Positions 54,830 to 64,000 of a stretch of 64,000 nt of DNA are shown piece after piece. Under the pieces are notes generated by a model. That model did not search any database. It saw only the letters and a program-made list of their open reading frames with translations, and was not told the origin of the DNA. This stretch comes from Octopus sinensis (Eukaryota): contig NW_021836312.1 in NCBI RefSeq assembly GCF_006345805.1, forward strand, positions 1-64,000, read 5' to 3'. The position numbers and the translations under genes are program-made. Numbering within the stretch: the first letter of the stretch is position 1; every line of letters begins with the position of its first letter.

Positions 54830-56900
54830 TAGGCGCGACATGAGTTCAGAGAAATGCATAGTCGATGGTGGATCAATGAGTCTTACAGTGACATATATAT
54901 ATCTTCGTTTGAGTCTAGCCCATGTGTTTTCCTCTTGCTGTGCGTGAATCACCTTGATAAACTCAACGTGCTTCACAGTTCTATGCAAACATTTGTAGCC
55001 CGATATCTCTTATGTGTACTAGTATGCTCACCACAAGTAACTTAATATGGTTGTCTCCGATAGAATAAACAGCTGAATACACTCTATGTCGTGGCTGTAA
55101 TCAATAGCTGCGCTATTGTACATTCTAAACGTCTACACAAAGAAACGAACAGTCAACCAAGAATAAACAGAGCCAGTATTCTGAGAAGTCGATTTCCATT
55201 TTCCAGGCATATATCTTTCCAATCAGTCAGATATTCGCAACAGTCACGATTGCTGCAACGTCAATAAACTTTGTCGTGAACTATTTTAATATTCATGGCA
55301 TGTTACTTGTAACGCTTATTCTACCGCACCACTCCTTTGCCTTGAAAAAAAAATGTTCCATCATACTGCATCTCCAAATCTTCCAGCAAATTTCCGGAAT
55401 TTTTTCTCAAAGCGCTCATTTTGGAAAATAGAAAACATTTTCAAAATAGACAACATGGCTACCTGCATTGGGCCAAACATCTGATAAAGCAAAAAAAATT
55501 AAAATGACGTTTACAGCCTGATGAATAATGACTTCGGGTAATTGGACAATGGAGGCTTCCTATTGGTTGAAATTTCAGACCGTCAAACTTTTTTTTATTA
55601 AGAATGTCTATTAGTCGGCAAACCGGCAGAATCATCAGCATTCCAGATCAAAATGCTTTGCAGCATTCTTTCGCGTTTATACGCTCAAATTATGCAGAGG
55701 TCTACTTTGTCTTTCATCTTTCCGGAGTCAACAAAATAAAGAACTAACTAGGATTGATGTAATCAAAATTACTGACCTTCTGTTGAAAGTAGAAAGAAAT
55801 ATATCAATGCCTTTGACCGCAGAAGCAAACTTTCCATGAAAAATGAATGCTGTTCTTATTTGCTTGCAAAGGTATATCAGTACAGGACATTTGAAAACAT
55901 TTTGATGTGAAGGAAACCACTTAGATATGATCATTTGATTTTGACAACAGTGTATTAATGGTGTTCTCCTCTTGTGCTGGGAGGATAGGTGACCTACATT
56001 CTTTGTACATAAGCGGTTTTAAAAAATTGATCCAAGTAACATTTGTACAGAAAAAGACACAACTGAAACTGCAGACCATTTCATATAACATATTACAACA
56101 CTTTACTCTTAGACATTTGCCGTTCAACCCTGATCAACCTTGCACTATGACAATTCTGATTAAAGGTATTATAAACAAGGATATCGTATGTTTTTATTGG
56201 GGTAGTGTGTCTAAGATTACACGATCATGTTTCTTTATCTTTATTTTCTTTTTTCGGCAGAATACCAAATAAGGAAGATTTGGTTGATATTTCGAACAGA
56301 TAATTACGTTTTCCCTCATAATTCGCCATAAGTTATATATTTATCGAAGAGTGTAAGACATGACTTTATCTTTTGTTCAATCAAATCTGTGACATTATTT
56401 AAACTGTCATTCATCACTGTTTATTTCTCTAATGACCTTGGAAAAATATAATCGTCGCAACTTTATATTCAGCTGTCCTTGAAATATAAGCATGTAACTC
56501 CTTCTTGAAGAAATCAATAATTCTCCTAGGAAATTGATAACTACCGTATAAGAAAATAAAGCCCAATTTCTGGTTAGCACATTCTAGTTTCTTAATGCCA
56601 ATTATGCGTTATTGATCATACCGAACGTGGCCACGAAATTCATCCTTAAGTTTGTATCTACAGTACTACAAAAAAGCACAGTAACTAAAAAAAAAATGGT
56701 GATATTCGGAGCATAACAGTAAACATATCCAGCATCCTGTGTTTTTCAGCTCAGTTTTTCTACTGTTCTTAAAACCTCTTGAAAGAAGCATGACAAACTC
56801 AGTATCACATTCAGCTACGATGCAATTATTCGGTCATGTCAAGTAATGAATATTAAGATCAAACATTGGGATAAGGGTTAAAATATTATAACGTGTAAGT
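54830..56900 (-). pseudogene. Possible highly decayed hAT (Charlie/GTF2IRD2-like) transposase remnant
   Basis: Scattered motif resemblance only: FRKF-LEDLEMQYDG (~55400), VKGIDIF (~55810), MFA..CE and ..ARL (~54950). Confidence 0.3.
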
Positions 56901-57171
56901 ATAATCCATTGAGGTAAACCTCGTGCAAAACTAGTGCTTCTTTTACTGACTCCGAATAAGTAATCAAAGTAAACTTCCTCAAACGGGATTTAACGTAGAA
57001 AGAGAGAATGTGTAAATAAAAATTCAGAAACAGTAAACGTAATAAATACTAAATTGTGCTGTATGATAGTAATTTTCTTTGCAATGGAAAAATGACTCTT
57101 GCTTAGTAGATTAGATTAAAATCTGACTGCACGAAGAATCCAACTCTTTGAGCAAAAGTTCCTCACAAAGC

Positions 57172-57545
57172 TACTACACATCCCGTACACAGAACACGAA
57201 ACGAACAGCTTTGTCAAACAACAATTTAACTAATATTCTGGCAGACATGAACCACTTCTTGCGCAGGTAAAAAGACGGAAGATTACATGGTACGGTCACG
57301 TATCGCACCAGAACTCGCGGTCCAAAACCATTCTTCATGGCATAGTTGATGAAGGGCAACAATGAGATGGGCAGAAAATCCTGTATCGACAAAATCAAAG
57401 GCTGGACAGGTCCCAACACCAGAAAACTGCTACGCAAGGCAGAATAGAGACCATTAGTGACGGCTAATTGCAACTGCGTCTAGAGTGGCTCTCCAACGAC
57501 TGGCTACATCAATTAAGAGATATTGATGATGACGATAATGATTGT
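57172..57545 (+). mobile_element. RTE-clade LINE 3' fragment with (GAT)n-like tail
   Basis: LHIPYTEHETNSFVKQQF..RHEPLLAQVKRRKITWYGHVSHQNSRSKTILHGIVDEG. Confidence 0.8.
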
Positions 57546-59417
57546 TGTCATTATTGTTCTTACTATTGTTATTGTAAATCCAAAGGTCAGTACCGATTGG
57601 GCAGCCCAATTATCAAAGAGACACCAACATTTGTCACGTTTTTGTGATTAAGTCCCAGACCAAAGTTTGCTAGAGCACTTCCACGGTCAAAGGCATTGAT
57701 GAACTTGACACTTGAGAACTATTATATTTCTTTAAATTATATGATGGGAAATAATCTAAAACTTTTGTTGCTATTCATAACACATCAAGCACCCTAGTAT
57801 ACATTTCCTCATTCAATTTCCAAATGTGAATTGCGAATAATTCTGCACATTATCATTCTACTGCTATGTAGGACCACATTATTTAATATTTCCATATTCA
57901 TGGTAGTTGGGCGTGATCTGATGAACATTTCAGTTCGAATTATGACAGATCGAGCAACTCTGCAGACACGCATCCCAGTCAGCTCTGATTTGTCATGTTA
58001 CTGAAGGATTTGCAGTATTTTTCGACTCATTTTCATATATTATAAACTGCATTATACAAAGTGTTTGTAAGAAAGTAGGAAGTAAGTACTATTTCTAACT
58101 GAGTAATACCGCAAAACAGAGACTGACTCGCTCGTGGAATTTATACTTTCAGTGTGGAGTTTATATTTTCAGTGTGAAAGTATAAATGGATGGAATGTGA
58201 TGCCGAAAGAGATAGCTTAAAATAGAATTAATAATACATACCATCATTGATCCGGTATCTTCATAAGTGATTATATGGAGCACTTTTGAATAAAAATCAC
58301 ATAAAAATAAAACATTTCAAGAGTTTTAGGTGATTTGTGTACAAATGAGAATTCTAATTAAATCATTGTATTTGTTTTATTCTTCATTTAGAATTTTAAA
58401 CTAATTGTTAAATGTACTTTATGGTGATACACATTGGACAACTCTGTCAGGAGGAAAGGCAAAACCCTTGGCTATTTACAGACCCCAGGACGGTAAGGAG
58501 AGTGAGAAGGTATCGTCAAAGTGGGTACTTGGCGAGAATACTTTTGACAGAATGGACCCCAATAAAGGCCCATCAAATGCCTGGTGATGGTATTAAATTG
58601 GGCAATGGGTTACTTCTAGTACCCAAGATTTGGGTTTACAAACCTTTTACAATTCTTTGATATTGGGCATCAGTATGTTAGATTGGAAATAGATTGCAAG
58701 ATAATTTATAAACAAAAGATGCATTATTTTATGTCTTAAATTCATGTTTCGAACTATTTAAATGTACGTGATTAAGATATTGATGTCTAGTTCTATGATT
58801 TAACAATCTCAGTTTCGATTTGTCTATTTTCTCAATGTAGTACATGTTTTATGAAGACATCTTGATTTTATAGTAAAACGAAGAACATAGAAAAAAGAAC
58901 TATTGGAAAATTACTCTGTAATCAACATTCCAATTTTTGCCCCCCGATGAAAGTCTGTACATATAAAATGCATATCCAAAGTGAACATACTCCGACGTTT
59001 AACGAGACATCAGAGAAGTCGCTCGCAATTTACATTCTGACTCCATGACAAACATTTTCCAAGCCTGAGATTCTTAAAATGCATACAATGAAAATGTCCA
59101 GTAAGTATTGAAGTAGATTTACTAGAATTAAATATCTGACTTCAGTAAAAAGCAGTTTTTACGAAACAGTCCTTAACGGGTGCTGTGAGTTTATGAGAGT
59201 CTGTCATGGAATCATATACATTTTATCGTCTTATCCGAACAAGATTGGGGTCTAATATGTTTAAGATTAGTGAAGACAGCGGTAAGCAAACACAGCCATG
59301 AAAAAATAGCAAAGCAATAATACTCATAATTTCCCTAACACCGTATGAAGGCCTTTCAAGTGTCGAATAGAATGCCTCGCAACAACGTTGATTACATACT
59401 ACGGGGATTGTTTTATA

Positions 59418-59615
59418 ATGCCATGATAGATCGTTAGCTCCTACACGCATTTTTTTCTCTCCTTGTTTGTTTTCTGTGTATCTTTCTGTCGAAGAGCGTA
59501 GGCTCGAAATGTAAAAGACTTGTTCTATTTCTATTCCTGAGCGCCATACTAATACATTTGTTTGTTTGTACTCCACCTGCCTTCGTCTTTTGTTTATTTT
59601 CGTAAACCTTCCCGT
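59418..59615 (+). repeat. Short interspersed repeat with variant hammerhead-like motif (copy 3)
   Basis: gccatgatagatcgttagctc...tctttctgtcgaagagcgtaggctcgaaatgtaaaagac; ends in (TA)n. Confidence 0.75.
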
Positions 59616-60028
59616 TATATATATATATATATATATATATTACTAGTCAAGTACTAGTGATGATCTAACCTTGCTCTTTCTTTATTTTCCGCTTTGAGAA
59701 TAGACTAAATCTTAAAAGATGTAAGCATAAAAATATTCGATGGAAAGTACGGAAAATGTCATCTTATTCGACTCGATCATTCCACGACAAACAGATAGAG
59801 ACTGTAATGTAACTCACCATGTGCATGCGTCGATCTAAGAGAGAAAAGGTAGGAGGTATTTTTACAATGACTCCGGAGAGAAAGAATTTTGAACATCGAT
59901 GTGATTTGAACTGCAACTATAACAACAGCATGACCAAATGTCGCAAAGAATTTTATCCTGTCAAATACTGCAAGATATTTATTTAATCCAATTGTTTGAT
60001 TTTAGGTTCTGATTACACGATAACAAAA

Positions 60029-60260
60029 GGCGGCGAGCTGGCAGAAACGTTAGCACGCCGGGCGAAATGCGTAACCGTACTTCGTCTGCCGATACGTTCT
60101 GAGTTCAAATTCCGCCGAGGATGACTTTGCCTTTCATCCTTTCGGGGTCGATAAATTAAGTACCAGTTATGCACTGGAGTCGATGTAATCGACTTAATCT
60201 GTTTGTCTGTCCTTTTTTGTCCTCTCTGTGTTTAGCCCATAGTGGGTAGTAAAGAAATAG
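60029..60260 (+). mobile_element. SINE family B with ~11-bp target-site duplication
   Basis: gataacaaaag on both flanks. Confidence 0.9.
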
Positions 60261-60747
60261 ATAACAAAAGTTCTCTTTACTACTGTCCTTGCCTTTGTTC
60301 GATAGAAAGGAAATGTAAAGCTGCAGTTTACTGTAGGATGGAGAGTGATTGAATTGATAGAGTACATGAATGATACAAATTATATCGACATCCAAACGAA
60401 GAAAAGTAGACGACGTGACATGGATTTGAACTTAGAGTGTCTAGAAGCATAATTCACTACTGCAGGCATATTGTTTGGGGTACTATCGATTCTAAATAAG
60501 CGGTTACAATATATTTCGGAATTTTAATCTAGATAACACAGGAGGGATCTGACATACACGTCTATATATATCTAGAACCAAACCAGAGGGGGTTTTTCTT
60601 GATGCCTCTGTCAATATTTTCAATTCCATTCACCATAGTCCAAGATTTGATCATAAGATTCTAAGTATGTTATACCTATATTGCCTAAAGACGTCTTTCT
60701 ATATAGTATAAAAGAAGAAATATGATATATATATATACATATATATA

Positions 60748-60824
<77 letters not shown>

Positions 60825-61574
60825 ATATATATATATGTATGTATTGGCACCGAACGTTAAATACATTATTGGTTTTTATTTAGAACATCATTTATTTTTT
60901 TACTAGACAGAAGGGTAAATCTTTGTTGGAAAGAATTATAAATGCTTTGAATCGATCCAGTGTAATATTGGTACTTATATTTTCTGGAAGCATAACAGAT
61001 GAATACAATCACAGCTTGACATTAAGTGAGTAATATGTGTCTAGTATCTAAAAAATATATCAACAGTAGCCAGGAGGCTTTAAGTTAATTGCACCACGGT
61101 GAAATAAAATAAAATAATCAGAATGAAATTGAAAAGTCTCTAGAACGCTGTCGGACCAAATGCTACCGGTCTTTCTAATTAAGAATATATTTAAGCGATT
61201 GAACTAAAGCTCGCTTCGTAACCACAACGTTCTAAGCTCGATCCCACTGCGTGGAATCTTGGGTTACATGTAGCTTTATTTATTCTCAATTCGCTTCATA
61301 CACTGTGAATGAAATTGAGTAGATGGAACAAAGTATAAATCCCACAACTATATGCATGAAAATACATACGTAAAAGAAAATATACAAATTTGCATATGCA
61401 CTAACTCCAAATACTACGCATTTACACACGTACATGCAAAAATACCATTTTCTTGTTCTTCAAATTCCAAGGAGCCTTGGATCTAGGTTAGAAAACGGCT
61501 TTTTAACTACTAGCAAGAAATCTTGACATAATACTAAATAACATACATACATAAGAGAAAAGAGAATACCGATG

Positions 61575-61800
61575 TTGAACTATTGAGATATCTGGAGTTA
61601 CTTTAGTTAGATTACAAGTTCAGGTGTGTACTTGTAATTATTGGGGCAGTGGAATATGTAACACACTGCCTCAATACCAATCTTGACAATTTAGGCTTCT
61701 CAATACCAGAAGGGAGAAAGCTGATTCGAAGACTACAGATCCAATCCACTACTGGAACTGTAAAATAATCTGTAAAACTTTCCAGAAGTTTATCATTTAA
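61575..61800 (+). mobile_element. 3' fragment of an RLE-type (R4/Dong-like) LINE
   Basis: VLVIIGAVEYVTHCLNTNLDNLGFS..RKLIRRLQIQSTTGTVK resembles the C-terminus of RLE non-LTR ORFs. Confidence 0.55.
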
Positions 61801-62169
61801 GTATATATGAGCATGTCTAGATATGCAACTATATATATGAGAATGCATACATGAAACAAAACATACAAATCTGCACGTATACATACATACATAAATACAT
61901 ACATACAAAATACCTTGTTGCTGATGTTGAAATTCAACTGAGGAGCCATGTATCTAGGTTAGAAACCGTCTCTTACTGGCAAAGAATCGTGAAATAAAAC
62001 TGTTTAATGGCATACATACATACGTACATCAATCTGTGTGTGTGAATATAGAGACAAAGTGGATGTAAGAAATAAAAAGAATAAAGAAGGATTGCGAGAA
62101 TATTGGCTTCAGATTTTGGTACAAGGCCAGCAGTTTCGGGGAGGAGTAAGTCTTTTTTCATCGACTGAT

Positions 62170-62450
62170 TCAGCTCAGCTGGCAATTATTTTATTCATCC
62201 TGAAAGCAAAATTTGAACTCAGAACGTAATGACGGACAAAATACCTATTTCTTTACCACCCACAAGGGGCTAAACACAGAGGGGACAAACAAGGACAGAC
62301 AAACGGATTAAGTCGATTACATCGACCCCAGTGCGTAACTGGTACTTATTTAATCGACCCCGAAAGGATGAAAGGCAAAGTCGACCTAATATGACGGACA
62401 AAATACCGCTAAGCATTTTGCCCGGCATGTTAACCATACTAGCAACTCAG
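62170..62450 (-). mobile_element. Rearranged SINE family B concatemer
   Basis: Junction caaaatacc|tatttcttt at 62245/46. Confidence 0.75.
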
Positions 62451-63486
62451 TGCCTTATTGCGTGTGAAAATATTAAACGTATCCCTGTGCTTTCCTTTCT
62501 ATGCTCCCTTTAGACTTACTTCACTTGACTGACTGATTCTCTTCCCCTCCCACCCTTAGATAACAAGAATATCCTGCGTGGAAGAAAATAAACCACACGT
62601 ACAGTTATGGAAGCCACTAATGCTAAAAATAATTGTATCGTTGTTTTTCTTTAACGCCTATATTTATGTCACCCAACCCTAAAATCTATAAAAAAACTAT
62701 TTCAGTCATGTAAAGTTTTGTACTTACTCTATCACCCATGCCATCACTAGTTTTCTTAGATTTTTGTGTTTATTTACTGTCTTTAGCGTTAACTAAACAA
62801 CGCTACGTTTGTGTAAATTTAGAAACAAGTCCCCTGTTGCTAAGTGGCAACGTGTCTTGGACTACCTTCTCTGTGACATATATCGTTAACAATTCATCAG
62901 TCTCACTAATTATGATAAAGTCCGGAAAGATAAGGTCGGATGGAATTTAAAGTACTAATATGGTTTTCCATTTTTATGTTTATAATATAAATATATTTTA
63001 CAATTATCTTCGATAGATATATAGTTTCAGTTTTCAATTTGGGAAGAAAAGGGTAGGCTTATCTTGTAAATTATGGATTTCACAGGTGTGGAAATGAGCC
63101 AGTTCAAAAACCCCTGCTGTGACATAACAGGACCCAACGGTGCAAGCAATGCTACAGTCTAAAAGTGCTTTGGATGAGTAACAATATCTCTGCACTCAAA
63201 TACGCGAATACGTATACACTTGCACTCATAAACACACAAACGGATGCCCACATAGGCGTGCTTGTGTGTATGTGTGTGCGTGTGTTTTTGTGTGTGTGTG
63301 AGTGTGTGTGTGTGTGTGTGTTTGTATCCATTAATCTATGTATTTTGTTCTTTCTCGATTGCTATGTACTTATATATAATCCAATTCATGCATGCATTCA
63401 CACACATTCACAGAAGCACACACACACATACACACACTCGCGCCCATATACACATAGTCACACACGTATGAACACATAAATTACAT

Positions 63487-63533
<47 letters not shown>

Positions 63534-63640
63534 CATATATATATATATACACATATAGATTGATAGATAGATAGACAGAGAGAGAGGGGGATAAATAGAT
63601 AGAGAGATAGAGAGATAGAGAGATAGAGAGATAGACAGAC

Positions 63641-63770
<130 letters not shown>

Positions 63771-64000
63771 TAGATAGATGCATATATATATGTACCCACA
63801 CGCACGTACACAAATATACACGCACTGTCACACACAAAATTATAACTTTAATGCTACCGTAGTTATTCACCGTCCTCATAACACTAAATCACACAGAACC
63901 CACTCGTTATCAAAACAACCAAAGTTTCTTTCACGGCAAAAATGAATACATTATTCAGAAATACATTACTCAATACCCATTTACGTTGCATTCCATCGTA

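Noticed and set aside
54650-54832. BED-finger-like CAQC in a + strand ORF
   Set aside because: Only one CxxC, no His pair, opposite strand to the possible hAT remnant
55800-57710. Inverted match atcaatgcctttgaccg at ~55804 and ~57695
   Set aside because: 17-nt core could be chance or two old transposon relics; does not define TIRs
58405-58660. Short ORFs or a possible 42-nt exon with g|gtaagg
   Set aside because: Weak acceptor; equally explained by a faint RTE-like remnant

Overview
Eukaryotic (animal) genomic DNA: very AT-rich, crowded with microsatellites ((TA)n, (ATT)n, (CA)n, (TATG)n, (ATAG)n) and transposon-dense. The tRNA-derived SINE repertoire suggests an octopod cephalopod (Octopus), but this is an inference. 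There are no prokaryotic genes, CRISPR arrays, rRNAs or intact long ORFs, and most ORF-track entries are microsatellite artefacts. Recognisable content: three tRNA-headed SINE families (one often concatemeric), four fragments of a CR1-group LINE, RTE and R4/Dong-like LINE 3' ends, two decayed mariner transposases, a non-autonomous Helitron, a TA-flanked MITE, a decayed Penelope-like element (GIY-YIG endonuclease), a tRNA-Glu pseudogene and several low-confidence short exons, possibly of a + strand host gene. The most notable signal is a near-identical ~352 bp tandem repeat (10657-11205) carrying a canonical minimal type I hammerhead ribozyme on the minus strand (10821-10865). This is the layout of a non-LTR retrozyme or non-autonomous Penelope derivative, predicted to release a 351-nt monomer or circRNA. 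A diverged sister family lies at 2137-3025, and other repeat families here carry variant hammerhead-like motifs. All alignments and folds were done by eye.
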